A DNA stretch of 64,000 nt. Source: Mobula hypostoma (taxonomy: Eukaryota). The notes beneath the pieces are model-generated. The model did no database searches, was not told the DNA's origin, and worked only from the letters and a program-made list of their open reading frames with translations. Both the position numbers and the translations under genes were made by a program. Within the stretch, counting starts at the first letter, position 1. Every line of letters starts with the position of its first letter. Of the stretch, positions 1 through 12,808 are shown piece by piece. Location of the stretch: NCBI RefSeq assembly GCF_963921235.1, contig NC_086121.1, positions 17,732,001 through 17,796,000 on the forward strand, given 5' to 3'.

Positions 1-875
1 AAATCAGCCACCATCATCCCTGTACCAAAGAACTATACACCTTTAAAACTAAACGACTATCTCCCGGTGGCACTGATGCCAATCATCAATCATGAAGTGT
101 TTTCAATGGCTGGTAATGGCACATCTCAAAGGCTCCATTCCTGCCACATTGGACATCCACTAACATGCTTACTGACAGAACTGCTCTATTACAGATGACA
201 TCTCTCATGCACCTGGCCCTAACACACCTAGAAAACAAGGACACTTATGGCAGAAATGTAGTTTTTGGATTTCAACACTATTGTCCCATAGACCTTGGTG
301 AACAAAGTCTTACTACTTGGTCTGAATACACCGCTGTACAACTGGTGTTGGACTACCTAACCAACAGACCTCAGATAGTCAGGATGTACAACCCCTCCTC
401 CCCCGCCCCCATCACCCTCAATACAGATGTTCCCCAGGACTGTGTGCTGGGCCCATTACTGTCCACACTGCCCGCACATGAATGCATGACCAAACACCCA
501 AGTAATCATATTGCGAAGTTCGCCGATGACATGACATTGGTGAGGCTCATCACCAACAATGATCAGAAAGCCTACAGAGAGGAGCTAGAAGAGCTTGAAG
601 CCTAGTGCCAGGCAAATAACTGCTTCCTCAATGTCAACAAGACAAAGGAGATGGTTATGGACTTCAGGAGAACTCACACCACTCACACCCCTCTTTACAT
701 TGGTGGCACAACAGTGGAAACAATGAGTAGTTTCAAACTCATGGGAGTGCACATATCGCACAACCTCTCATGATCTCAGAACACATTGTACACAATTATG
801 CTGCATTGGATCTGGAGTGACAATATTTCATTCTCCTTTACACTTGTGTACAGGAAATGACATTAAACAATCTTG
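1..875 (+). mobile_element. Decayed non-LTR retrotransposon (Rex1/Babar-like) RT fragment with 3' end
   Basis: ORF 165-605 contains LALTHLENKDTY, LDYLTNRPQIVR, ITLNTDVPQDCVLGPLL and KFADDMT (RT motifs); downstream reads LNVNKTKEMVMDFRR; frameshifts and stops present. Confidence 0.8.
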
Positions 876-1149
876 AGTACCATGCTATTAACCTCTTGAA
901 TAAGACCTTGGAGAATGCATTAGATACACTGCAAGCACGTTGCAACCTAACTAAAAATAACGTCGTTGACCATCGCCAGTGCTTTACACGCAGTCTGGAG
1001 CAGGAGAATCACACAAGCAATCCCTACAGCCACACACATGTTCCAGCAGTTCTTAAGGAGAAACGCAAGGCCAGTTGAAGATATTGAGAGGCAGAAGCCC
1101 CAGAGCACCTTGTTATGTGTTGAGAAATGAAGCAATAAAGTGAACATTT

Positions 1150-1380
1150 CCTTTGATATAAGAGTTCTAAATGAACTGCTGAAGAGTACTACCTTGTAAT
1201 GAGAATTGAAGCAGTTTTGCCAGAGCTGAGAAGAGCAAAGGTTTTCAGTGTGCTGGATGCAAATAAAGCATTCTGACATGTGGAATTTAATGAGAAAAGA
1301 TCATATTTAGCCATTTTGATCATTTCAGTTCCACAGTGTAATGGGAAGACAGAGAATATTGTGACGGCTGCCAAAACAGT
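1150..1380 (+). mobile_element. Gypsy-like LTR retrotransposon pol remnant
   Basis: Manual translation gives IEAVLPELRRAKVFSVLDANKAF*HVE (RT motif) and PQCNGKTENIVTAAK (like the integrase PQSNG motif), joined by an internal deletion. Confidence 0.6.
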
Positions 1381-1677
1381 ACAAAACGTAAGATATATGA
1401 GAAGGGCTTTCTGTCATTCATTCTTGTCTACCATTCAACAAGATCATGGCTGAACTATCATCTGAAACACTATTTTCCTGTTCTATTCCCTTGTCCTCCA
1501 ATTCCTTTAATAACCAGAAATCCATTGATTTCTGTTTTGAATGTAATCAATGACTAAATTGCCATTGTTCTCCAAGGTAGAGAACTCCAGAGAATCACCA
1601 CCTTCTGAATGAAGAAATATCTCCTCAGTTCAGTACTAACTAGCCTATGCCTCATTTCTTTTCAAAATTGATTCCTA

Positions 1678-2560
1678 CATAGAACATAGAACTTAAAACA
1701 TTATAGGGCAGTACAAGCCTTTCAGCCTACGATGTTGTGCTGACCTTTTAACCTATTGTAACATCAATCTAACTCTTCCTTCCTACATAGCCCATTTTCT
1801 ATCATCCATGTGCCTATACAGGAGTTTCTTAAATGCCCCTAATGTACCTGGCTCTACCACCACCCCTGGCAGGGCATTCCATGCACCCACCACTCTCTGT
1901 GTAAAAAAAAACACTCTGTTATTCTCCTTGTAGTTATAACTTATAAAATTATACCTCCTTGTATTAGACATTTCCACCCTGGGAAAAAGCTTCTGGCTAT
2001 CCACTCAATCTATGCCTCTAAACATCATGTGCACCTTTATCAAGTTACCCCTCACCTCCCTTCGCTTCAAAGAGAAAAGCCCTAGCTTGTTCAACCTATT
2101 ATCATAATACATGCTGCTATTAACCCTGTATTGTGCCTTCAAATTTGACCTTCCAAGATGAATCATTTCACACTTTTCTGGGATGAACTCCACCTACCAC
2201 TTTTCAACCGAGCTCGACATTTTGTCAATGTCCTGTTGCAACCTATGTCAACCTTCTACACGATCTACAACTCCACCAACCTTGTGTCATCTGCAAACTT
2301 ACTAACCCACCCTTCCAATTCCTCATCTAAGTCACAGAGATCAGGGGTCCCAGAACAGATCACTGTAGAACACCACTGGTCACTGACCTCCAGACAGAAT
2401 ATGCTCTATCTGGATACCCTTTGCCCATACTCGATGGGCAAGCCAATTCTGAATCCACACAGCCAGGTTTCCCTGGATTCCATGCCTCCTGACTTTCTAA
2501 ATGAGCCTACCATGGACATGCTTATCAAATGCCTTACTAAAATCTATATACAACATATAC
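1678..2560 (-). mobile_element. CR1-type LINE 3' fragment
   Basis: (CATAGAA)n tail; minus-strand ORFs with FFTQRVVGAWNALP, RLNKLGLFSL and EKCEMIHLGRSN, typical of the CR1 ORF2 C-terminus. Confidence 0.8.
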
Positions 2561-2676
2561 TTCAAGACTCGTCAACTAGAGGAGACATTCTCAGCCTGGT
2601 GAGCCCTCTTGATTTCTTAAAAAGTTTCAATGTCACCTCTCATTCATATACAGAGAATGGAGGCTTAGCTAATTTT

Positions 2677-3580
2677 AGAATCAGAATCAGAATCAGCTTT
2701 ATTATCAATGAGTTGTGTAATTTGTTGTTTTGTGGCAGCAGTACAATGTAATACATTAAAAAATTACCATAAGTAACGATAATGAATCTGAATAAATAAA
2801 TAAGTACTACTAAAATAGGACAGTGTAGAGAGGTAGTGTTCGTGGGTTCATGGACTGTCATAAATATGATGGTGGAGGGGTAGAAGCTGTCCCCAAAATG
2901 TTGAGTGTGTGTGTTGTCAGGCTCCTGTATCTCCTCCTTAATAGTAGTAATGAGAAGAGGGTACGTCCTTTCTGGTGAGGGTCTTTAACGATGGATGCTA
3001 CCTTCTTGAGCCACCATCACCTTCTGAAGATTTCCTTGATGGTGGGGTGACTGGTGCCTATAATGTAGCTGGCTGAGTTTACAGACATCTGCAGCCTTTT
3101 CCGATCTTGTACATTGGCATCTCTGTACCTGATGGTGATGCAACCAGTCAGGATGGTCTCCATGGTACCTCTGTGGAAAGCTGCTGGAGACTTTGGTAAC
3201 ACACCAAATTCCTAATGAAATATAGCTGCTAACATGCCTTCTTCGGAATCGCATCAATGTGCTGGGCCCAGGATAGAACTTCAGAGATGTTGGAACTCAG
3301 GAACTTGAAGCTACTTTGATGAGGACTGGTGTGTATTCTCCCGACTTCCCCCTCCTGAATCCACAATCAATTCCTCGGTCTTACTGATGTTCTGTGCAAA
3401 GTTATTATTGTGACTCTACTCAACCAACCAATCTATCTCACTCATCTAAGCCTCCTCAACACCATCTCAGATTCTGCCAACAACAGTTGTATCATCCACA
3501 AATTTATGCATAGAGAGAGCAGAGCTGCAAGCTAACAACACATCCTTGAGCTGTGCCTGGGTTAATTGTCAGTGAGGATA
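2677..3580 (-). mobile_element. Rex1/Babar-like LINE 3' fragment
   Basis: (AGAATC)n tail at 2677-2697; ORF 3017-3202 reads FHRGTMETILTGCITIRY...RKRLQ. Confidence 0.7.
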
Positions 3581-3987
3581 TCTCTTCTTAGTTTAATCTC
3601 TCCTTAGAAGCAGACCTTCAGTATGAGTAACTAGTTAATCTTTACCACCTCCATAGCATACCTCGGTGACGTTCTGTAACACTGCAACCCTAAGCGATGA
3701 TGTACGGTCCTGTGAAGAGACTTATGAACAAATGAGGGTTGGATTAAGGGGAAAATGGTAGCTAAAGGGAGGTTTAAAGAACTGGAAAGTTAAAAGTGGA
3801 GAATAGAATATAAAGCGAGCTACTAAAAACAGAATTAGGAAGGCAAAAGAGAACAAACATAAAAAGATTGACAAAATGACAAAACATTTTACTGTATATA
3901 TTAGAGCAATAAAGCAATCAGGGAAGAAGAGGATTTATTAGGGATCAAGATGCCAAACTGTGCATGATAGATAAGAAAAATATTGAC

Positions 3988-4770
3988 AAACATGAGAAAA
4001 TCTGCAGATGCTGGAAATCCAAAGTGACACACACAAAATGCTGGAGGAACTCAGCAGGTCAGGCAGCATCTATGGAAATGAATAAACAGTTGACGTTTTG
4101 GGCTGAGACCCTTCTTCAGTACAGAGAGTTGGAGGGGGGGGGAAGGTGCCTGAATTAAAAAGTTGGGGGAGGGGAAAGAGGCTAGCTGGAAGGTGATAGG
4201 TGAAGCTAGGTCGATGGGAAAGGTTAAAGGCTGGAGAAGGAAGAATCTGATAGGAGAGGAGAATGGACAACAGGAGAAAGGGAAGGAGGAGTGGACCCAG
4301 AGGTAAGTAATAGATGAGAAGAAGAGGTCAGAATGGGGAATAGAGGAAGGAGTGAGGGGGACGAAATTTTGTTCACTAGAAGGAGAAATCGATATTCATA
4401 CTATTAGGTTCAATGGTACCCAGATGGAATGTAAGGTGTTGCTCCTCCACCCTGCGGGTGGCCTCATCTTGGCACAAGAAGAGGCCATGGATTGACATGT
4501 CAGAATGGGAATTAAAATGTTTGGCCACCAGGAAGTCCCACTTGAGCTGGATGGTATGGAAGCACTCGACGAAGCAGTCCTGCAATTTACGACGGGTCTC
4601 ACCAATGTAGAGGAGGCCGCATTGGGTACAATTGCTGAGGGACAAATGGAGAAGGGGATTATGGAGGGAGTGATCCTGTGGAAAGTGTGGCGGGGGGGAG
4701 GGTAAAGATTCGTTTAATGGTAGGGTCCCTTTGAGATGGCGGAAGTTGCAGAGGATAATGTGTTGGATAA
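3988..4770 (-). mobile_element. Penelope-like element 3' part: GIY-YIG endonuclease remnant plus terminal repeat with decayed hammerhead
   Basis: ORF 4376-4645 reads CTQCGLLYIGETRRKL...VAKHFNS...EEQHLTFHLGTIEPNSMN (PLE GIY-YIG); decayed hammerhead CTGAAGA...AAAACGTC at 4087-4122 on the minus strand. Confidence 0.85.
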
Positions 4771-4819
4771 ACTGGACTTGGAGAACACAGAGAGAGGGAT
4801 GGTGGAATATTTTATTTTG

Positions 4820-5025
4820 AGGTACAGCATGGTAATGGGCTCTTTCAGTCCAACAAGCTCACGCTGCTCAATTACACCCATGTAACCAACTAACCTTCTC
4901 GCCTGGGTCAGCCGGAGGAACCCAATGTAGTCACAGAGTGAATGTACAAACTTCTTACAGACAACGGCAGGATTGAACCCGGGTCACTGGCACTGCAAAA
5001 GCAACACTCTAACTACTACTTTACG
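4820..5025 (-). mobile_element. tRNA-derived SINE (V-SINE/HE1-like), decayed
   Basis: Reverse complement has a B-box GGTTCAATCC and resembles the copies at 17592 and 52474. Confidence 0.55.
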
Positions 5026-5349
5026 TCCTGCTGGGCTAGAAAATCAATGAATGTGCAGGGCTGACGGGATGTATCCCACATTGCTCTGAACACTGGGACC
5101 TTGACAGACATTTTCAGATCAGCTCTGCCCACAGTCAAGATACCAGGTGAGAGGCAGACAACAATCTGGTATACTTATTCAAAGTTAGCATGAATAAGCC
5201 AGGTATTTACTGGCAAACTGATGTAGGGGATTTAATGGGAAAATTTCTGAAAACATATTTAATCTGCATCTTGTGAGGCAAGGATTAATAAGAAAGAGTC
5301 AGCATGTCTTTATTAAAGGAAACCCTATCTGACTAATCTGAATGAATTT

Positions 5350-5850
5350 GACCATCAAAACATGGAGGCACCTTCACAAACTCCCACAGCCCCTGATGAC
5401 CCTGTGATTTCAGTCTCTGAGGCCAATATGAGAGCATCCTTCAGGAGGGTGAACCCACAGAAATCATCCAGCCCAGATGGGGTACCTAGGTGTGCACTAA
5501 AGGTCTGTGCTGATCAACTGGCTGGAGTGTTCGCTGATATCTTTAACCTATTGCTTCAAGCAGGCTACAATCCTACCAGTACCTCAGAAGAACAGGATGA
5601 CCTGCCTCAATGTCTATTCTCTGGTAGCACATACATCTACTGTGATGAAGTTCTCTGAGAAGTTGGTGATGAATTATATCAACTCCTGCCTGTGAAGCAA
5701 CTTGGATATGCTCCAATTTGCCTCGCATCACAACAGGTCAACAGTAGATGCCATATCATTGGCTCTCATGCATCCATGGTTGACCCCAACCAACAGAAGG
5801 CCTCATGTGATGACATATATGTACTTTGATAATAAATTTAACTTGAATAT
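5350..5850 (+). mobile_element. Rex1/Babar-like LINE RT fragment
   Basis: ORF 5362-5658 reads RASFRRVNPQKSSSPDGVPRCALKVCADQLAGVFADIFNL. Confidence 0.8.
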
Positions 5851-6018
5851 TTTGAGATGAACAAGTGTGTCAGTGATGCTACTGTAAGTGATCCATGCAG
5901 ACATAGACTTCAGTCAGGCCTTTAATATTCTGCCCAAAGATGCATGTGATCTTGTCAGTACCTCCAGTTGAACTTTGTCTTTTTGTGTGCTTTCCCCCAG
6001 CTGTCAGTTTGTGGTTTT

Positions 6019-6260
6019 CGCAACACACACAAAAAATGCTGGTGAACGCAGCAGGTCAGGCAGCATCTATACGAAGAGCCCTCCCCCTCCTACTTTCAAA
6101 TCTCTTACTATCTCTTCTTTCAGTTAGTCCTGACGAAGGGTCCCGGCCTGAAACGTCGACTGTACCTCTTCCTATAGATGCTGCCTGACCTGCTGCGTTC
6201 ACCAGCATTTTTTGTGTGTGTTGCTTGAATTTCCAGCATCTGCAGATTTCCTCGTGTCTG
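6019..6260 (+). mobile_element. Short fold-back PLE-derived insertion with intact hammerhead ribozyme
   Basis: 13-bp target duplication AGTTTGTGGTTTT (6006-6018, 6261-6273); about 51-bp perfect inverted arms (6020-6070 vs ~6173-6224); 3' tail. Confidence 0.85.
6126..6161 (+). ncRNA. Minimal type I hammerhead ribozyme
   Basis: AGTC-CTGACGA(6130-6136)-agggtcccggcct-GAAA(6150-6153)-c-GTC(6155-6157)-GACT; helix I is AGTC/GACT; helix III is reduced to the palindrome ACGT. Confidence 0.8.
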
Positions 6261-7389
6261 AGTTTGTGGTTTTGTATTGCCATGTGCTCTTGTTTGTTTT
6301 CATGTCCCACGTGCTCCTGCTCTACTCTGGCCCCTGTATTACTGAGTACACCATCTCTCACCTATTTCTCATTATTACCTGTTTTGCTGCCACTTCTGTC
6401 TCATTGTGCTCCACTTATCATCTGCCTCTCTGTTTATTGCTGTGTAATTTAGTCCTGTGTTTTCACCTGTTTGTTGCCAGATTGTGCCAGTGAATTTTCC
6501 TGAGCCTTTCCAGTATTTGTATCTGTACTCTGTCCATCTGAATATTGATTCTGCCTGTTGGATTTCCCTGGAAGTTTTGATCTCTGCCTGAACTTTGACG
6601 CTGACTTTGTTTGCACCTCGGGATTTGTTACTCAATTAATATCATTGTGTACACGGTACTGAGTCTGCGACTGGATCCCTGCTCTAGCGTCCTGACCGAT
6701 CTAGGGCAATTTGGCAAATAGGTCCAAAATGGGGATGGTGAAAGGAGGGAAAGGGAGAAGGTGGAATGTTATTTTTGTAATTGTAAGCCTACAACCAGTT
6801 GGTGTTAACTGGGATCGATGCAAGGACCCTCGCTATTTGTTACATACATTAATAGGCATGTGAGTGTAACCAGTGACAGGTAGTACAGAAATTTTATTTC
6901 CTCTTAGTGGAGATTTCTATTATCATAAGATAATGGAGATTCAGAGAGAACTTGAGGATTTTTTTCCCATGTAACACATGGTGGAGGCAGGGACTCTGAC
7001 AATATTTATGAAGATGAATGTCTGAAGTATTTTGGCATAGAAACTATGGGCTCTGTGCTAGGAGATGTTATTCATATTGGTTGGTACTTGGACACTGCAG
7101 ATATGGTGAGTCAAAGAGTCAAAACTGTGCTGTACAACTAGTCCTTGGGAGATATGCAACTGATTAGGCCATATATGCAAAGACAGTCCACCAACCCAAA
7201 CATCTAGAAGACTTTGTGCCAAAGCACAAACAGACTGGACAGTTATTTTACTTTTTTTTCGTTCTTAATTTATTTATGTCACATATATATTTTTGCTTTG
7301 AGTGTACCCTGTAACATAGCATGGATAACCATTCTCCATGTTGTTGCAATAATAGTTTGTGTGGAATATTCAAATGTGTGCAAAAGTCA

Positions 7390-8105
7390 CACTTTCAGAA
7401 AGGGTAAGGTGAGGGAACACACATCAGTCCTCATGGAGGGATCAGAAGTGGAATGAGTGAACAATTTTAAATTCCTGGGTGTCAATATCTCTGAGGATCC
7501 AACGTATTGATGCGACAGTGGCTATATTTCATCAGGAGTTTAAGAAGATTTGGTATGTCTCCAAAAACACTCAATAATTTCTACAGATGTACTGTGGAGA
7601 GCATTTGAACGGGTTGCATTGTCATCTGGTATGGGGGTGGGGAGGTGGTGTCTGCTTCACAGGATTGAAGTAAGCTGCAAAGAGTTGTAAAGTTAGCCAG
7701 CTCCACCATGAGCACTGGCCTCCGGAGTATCCAGGTCATTTTCAAGGAGTGATGGCTCAGAAAGGTGTTGCCCAACATTAAGGACCCCCATTCACCCAGG
7801 TCATGCCTTGTTCTCATTGCTACCCTCAGAAAGGAGGTACAGAAACCTGAAGGGACACACTCAATGATTCAGGAACAGCTTCTTTCCCTCTGCCATCCGA
7901 TTTCTGAAAGTATATTGAAACCGTGAACACTACCTCGCTACTTTTTAAAAAAATTATTTTTGCACTATTGTTTAATTTAATTATTTAATATATACTTACT
8001 GTAATTCACAGCTTTTTTCTCTTTTATTATGTATTGATTTGTACTACTGCAGCAAAGTGAACACATATCATGACATAGGCCGGTGTTATTAAACCTGATT
8101 CTGAA
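7390..8105 (+). mobile_element. Rex1/Babar-like LINE 3' fragment
   Basis: Encodes FYRCTVESI..GCI..WYG and RNSFFPSAIR; ends ATTAAACCTGATTCTGA. Confidence 0.7.
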
Positions 8106-8439
8106 GTCGCTGTGAGAATGCTGCCTCAACACCATATATTTTATTAGAAAAGAATAAAGTATGCTTTTTAATCATTTGAAATACCAGAAAATAGAAAATA
8201 CTGGTCCGGAAGGATCTTGTGGAGAAAGAAGCGGAATCAATAGAGATTAAAGGTCTTACTTTTGAATCGTGGCGATCGTGATAATAAAATAATTTTCACA
8301 AGTTAATTGGCAGACAGGTTTAAAGGGGAGAAGAAATATCTGAGATATTGACAGGCATTTTTGGGCGAAAAGCTTTTTCTGTTACAGAACTCTACGATTT
8401 TAAATATCCTATGCCTCTTTCTTCAAACGCAGCCCTATC

Positions 8440-9180
8440 AGATTATGGGAGCGTTGATTAAACCCAGAGGAACGGCGGCATAGTAACCAACAGGAGGGGC
8501 AGAAACCAGACTTTACCGTCACAGCCTGGGGCGCTTCCCGCCTTCACTGCGCAGGCCTGCTGGTCGTTCGGGCGGCCGGACCAGTTCGCACTCTCATTGG
8601 TGCTTCCCGCCTCAGCAGGACGCATGCGCGTGTACGCCCCGTTCCGTGCAGACGTCCTCCCCTGCTGCGTCATCCCCGCCTTCCCGTGTCCGGTCAAGTT
8701 TGGCGCATGCGGGGTGGTTGGACGGTGATTGGTGTTCCGCGGGAAAGCGCTTTAATGGATTAGTGCGCCTGCGTGTGATCGCTCTCCCTTCTCTCTCTCT
8801 TTTGGTCAGCCATCTTTTCGAGACATGGCTCCTGCGGTGAGTCCGCCGCCGCGTTACAGTTAATGATTGTAGATGTGGTAGAAAAGCCGCGTGGTTCTGA
8901 CTGGGCTCCGAAACTGTGACATTTCGTGCTCCTTTTATTGTGATAGTTGGATCGACTTGTCCTCCCCACCCTGGGTAGACAGGCAGTGGGTAGGCTGCTG
9001 GGTGTAGGCCTGAGCATTAGGCCGTGGCCACGGGTGGGAGTTTTAACATGGAGACCAGACTCGGGCTTTGCATCCGCTGGTCCGGGAATTAACATAGTCC
9101 CTGTTTCTGGTAGGATTAGTTGTTTTAATTTTTGGGTTGAGCTGTTGGAGTGATGTTTTTTACCGTGTGTCGCACGTGTT
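8440..9180 (+). promoter_or_regulatory. RPL22: CpG-island promoter of RPL22 with TCT/5'TOP initiator
   Basis: CpG-rich; NRF1-like GCGCATGCG (8703-8711, also ~8621); E2F-like GCGGGAAA (8739-8746); pyrimidine tract 8782-8803; YY1-like GCCATCTT (~8809-8816) just upstream of the ATG. Confidence 0.85.
8825..8836 (+). CDS. RPL22: RPL22 coding exon 1 (MAPA)
   Basis: ATG GCT CCT GCG followed by GTGAGT donor; phase 0. Confidence 0.92.
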
Positions 9181-10526
9181 AAATAAAGTTTTCAACTCAT
9201 TTAGTTACATTTAGAAATAAATAATAAATATAAAGCTTTAAAAGGGACCGGTTTTCACTTTGTCCGACTTCAAGGTTCATAGGTTAAATATACCATTGTT
9301 GTAAATTTACAGCGGATGTTAAATGCTGTTATTTGAGAGGCAAAATTGTGGCACCTCGATGTGGAGACTTGAGTGTAGATCTCAAGAAAGCAACTGGGGA
9401 ACTTTAATTTTAGATGCTTGTCTCAGTAATTGAAACTATCGAACTGAATTAAAAATCCATCGGATTCATTTGTTTCCTTCGAAGAAGGAAATCACCTGTG
9501 CTTGCCCGTCATGCTTATATTTATTTGCAGACACATAAGTGCGGTCAATGTTAGAAACCTTCAGTAGGTTAAACAGCATCCTAGAAAATATCGACAATTA
9601 ACGTTTTAGAACTTTGGAAAGTTTTCACAACAGAACTGAAAAGAGGGATGGGAGGAACAAAGGGAATATCTCTGACATGAAGTGCAAATATAATCCACTT
9701 CGGAAAAATTTAGAATGGATTGGTGCAGTCATTAAAAATCTAGCACTGTGAATGAAAATGAAAACCTAGCTCATTATTGCTGCAAATTGCATAGATCTAG
9801 CAATGGCCATTTTTCTTAGGATTATCCACACCAGTGTCTATTTTGTCGTCCTCTTCTCTCTCCTTGGCCATGGTTTTTACTGCAAAGCTGCATTTATAAT
9901 TTGGATTGGAAGCACAGGCTATTGAACCTTGCTGTGTTTGGGGTCCCAGCAACGGTGATATGTGGTTGTAACTGTCTCTGATAGCAGATGACGAAAAAAC
10001 TGAAATTCCTCCTATTTATAACCGTCCCACCAGCTACCACCACTTTCCAGCTGTGCCAAAACTGACATGACTATCTAATCCAATTGCACAGCTCTGAAAA
10101 CTGATTTGAGTATCCAGCTAGCTGTAGAGTCTGATCTTCAGCACTATTACAGAGATGTCTCATTTCATGGCAAGCACAAGTGACAGTAGCAAAAAAAAAA
10201 CACAAACTGGTGATGGAACTGAACAGGTTGGGCTGCATCCATGGAGGGAAATGACCGTTGACTGTTCCCCTTTTCCTTGCTGTACTTTGTTCTTTGCTCT
10301 TAATGGCAACTAATCATTGCTCTTCATCTTTCCCAAGGGCTCATAAAGCATCCCAACCAAAGGTGGTACTGAAATGAGATTATTTTTCATAACAAGTCCA
10401 TGTTCAAAATATTATAGTATTAAAAGTCGTTCACCACAGAAACAGGACCAGATCAAAAGTTAGATATAAATTGCACTTTTTGCATCTCTTCAGTGTTTAA
10501 TTTCCTGTTGGACTTTTGCTTCACAG

Positions 10527-10628
10527 AAAAAACTTTTAATGAGAGGCAAGAAGAAGAAGCAGGTGCTGAAGTTCACTTTGGACTGCACGCATCCTGTGGA
10601 AGATGGAATCATGGATGCTTCTAATTTT
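10527..10628 (+). CDS. RPL22: RPL22 coding exon 2
   Basis: TCACAG acceptor, GTAAGT donor; [34 protein letters not shown]. Confidence 0.97.
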
Positions 10629-12671
10629 GTAAGTCTACCTAATATTTCTGAGCTAGTATGGTCCACAGATGTGGCCTTGTCTTACTGGTGTATGTGACAC
10701 TGAAACTGCCAATGGTATTTTGTGAGTTTTTAAAATCTTTTGGAGATGACTTTCAGACTCAGCCTGGTAGTATTGTTCTGAATCAAAGGTTGTGAGAAGC
10801 ATTGTAATTCAATGCACCTTGTTATTATGTTAACTTCACTGGGGTATTATGGTAGTACTTTTTCCACTGTGATGCTGCATTTTAATATTTGTAATAAAAG
10901 CAAATTCAAGACAATTGCATAAGTGGATTTAGAATGATATCCTGGTACAGAGTACCTGCTAATTGCTGTGTTTCTATTAGTCTTACTTGTGCCAACCATA
11001 TTCCTAGTAATGTACTTGCAATTCTTCATTTAATTCCATCAGTTACAAATCATGTAAATGCCTTCTCTATTTGGTGTTAGCTGATGACTTACAGGCAATC
11101 AAAATTTAAAAGTGGAAGATTTGTGAATTAAATTTATTTTGTGATTGCTAGTGCTATGCATTATTTTCAAAATTCTGCCCATGTGTAAATGTATACCTAG
11201 GAGCATAGTTAAAATTTTGTTCCATTTTCTCATATTTTAGACATGAAGCCATTTGAATCAAGTCAATGGGCTCTTCTGCCTTTCCATCAGTTCTATTTTA
11301 CTTAAACATCCCTGTCCCTGCTCTCACATACCCAAGTTTGCATACACACTTCCATTAATATGAAAATCTGTTATCTTTGTGATGACAGAAGTTAATTTTG
11401 AATAGAATAATTCAGATGAACCAATGTAATGAAATTATAGATAAATACAAATCTCAATTGTTCATCTCTTTAATAGACTTGGTGTACCTGTAATATTTAA
11501 AGGTTAAAATAGTTCTTTCGTACCCACAGCCAATTCAAGTGAGCAGTGCAAACTGAGCTTTAAATTTATATTCTTCAAGAAATTAACTCCATGGTAACCA
11601 ACATTTCCCGTAATCATTGAGAAACAATGATGCTAGTTGGAAAAGGGTGTTTTTATTTTCTTGGCATTCTGATTTTCTTCTGATCCACAGAATTATAGGA
11701 TTGGCTCAGCAGTTTTATGGAATCTATATAAGCTGAAAAAGTGGACAGGTTAACTGATGTGATTGTGCTCAATAAGAGAAGTAGTTGGTTTTATTGATTA
11801 CTTGAATTGTCACTGCTTGAACATGAGGTTGTTTATCTAATTAAATTATTTCAATGTAAGCAAGATGGGAAGTCTTTACTGGTTGTATTTTTGGTTGCTT
11901 TTTGTTGCAACACTGATTCAGATCTTCCCATGCAGCCATGAATTTACCTGAAAAAATGATCAGAATTGTCAAATGTGCAAGTCCCAGGCTTAATGACAAA
12001 TTCAGAATGTAGAAGGGAGTCCAGCAGTGGATACCAATCTTTCAGATAGGACTACAATTTCAATACTGTGCCATTGCAAGGATAGGAGACCCCATTACTT
12101 TCAGTAGGGGTTGTTGGGGAGTTGTTTAAGATAAAGGGCAAAATCTTTTTGTATTAACTGTGGCTAGCTTATGTGTTTTGAATTATTTATGTATTTCTGT
12201 ATGTTTTGGGTTTATCTTTTAAAATTTTGATTGCTAACGTGGTACTAGTTTGTGTTTTTTTAATATCAGTTTAAAAACTTAGACGTTATAACCAAGGTTA
12301 GGGACTTGCTGTTGAAGCTTTCAGAGCAGTTGGTGGCAGGGCTTCGGACCAGAACCCTGTAATAATTTGGACCATGTTAGAAACTACATTCCTTGGCCCA
12401 GCACGTTTGGTGCTCCACATCCTTCAGGGTAAGCAGAGAGACAGCAGGTAAAGGATCAGGAGATATTGCTTGTGGATGAATTACAGAACCTTTTGTAGGG
12501 TGCAAATGTAGTTCTGTCCTTGTGAACATCAGTAGCGTGGAGTCAGTTTCTAGCACTGTGGTGTGATTTCTAGTTAATCTTTTGTATGTTCATTACACAG
12601 TGTTGCTGGCTTGGCTGCAATGCTGCGAGCTACACTATAAATGCCGACCGAGCGCCATTCAGTAATTTTCA

Positions 12672-12808
12672 CATCAAACTGATGACCTAGTTGACTTTTC
12701 CTCATCTGCCCTTGGGCTAAATAGGTTGACCTATGCTTGGATACAGTAGCAGATTCCCTCTTACTCATCTCACCTGTATTCCTGAATCAGTTATTTTCTG
12801 ATTTGATG
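12672..12808 (+). ncRNA. Candidate intronic C/D-box RNA
   Basis: CATCAAA-CTGATGA ... CTGA-TTTGATG: C-like and D boxes closed by a perfect 7-bp terminal stem; family not recognised. Confidence 0.25.

Larger units (their letters stand above)
6002..6697 (+). mobile_element. Possible solo LTR, interrupted by the PLE insertion at 6019
   Basis: Begins TGTCAG and ends CTGAC(C), giving short terminal inverted repeats; no clear target duplication. Confidence 0.3.

Noticed and set aside
5940-6361. Recurrent peptides (MLVNAAGQAASIG, PDEGSRPETST) as a small protein family
   Set aside because: These are translations of the non-coding PLE terminal repeat on both strands
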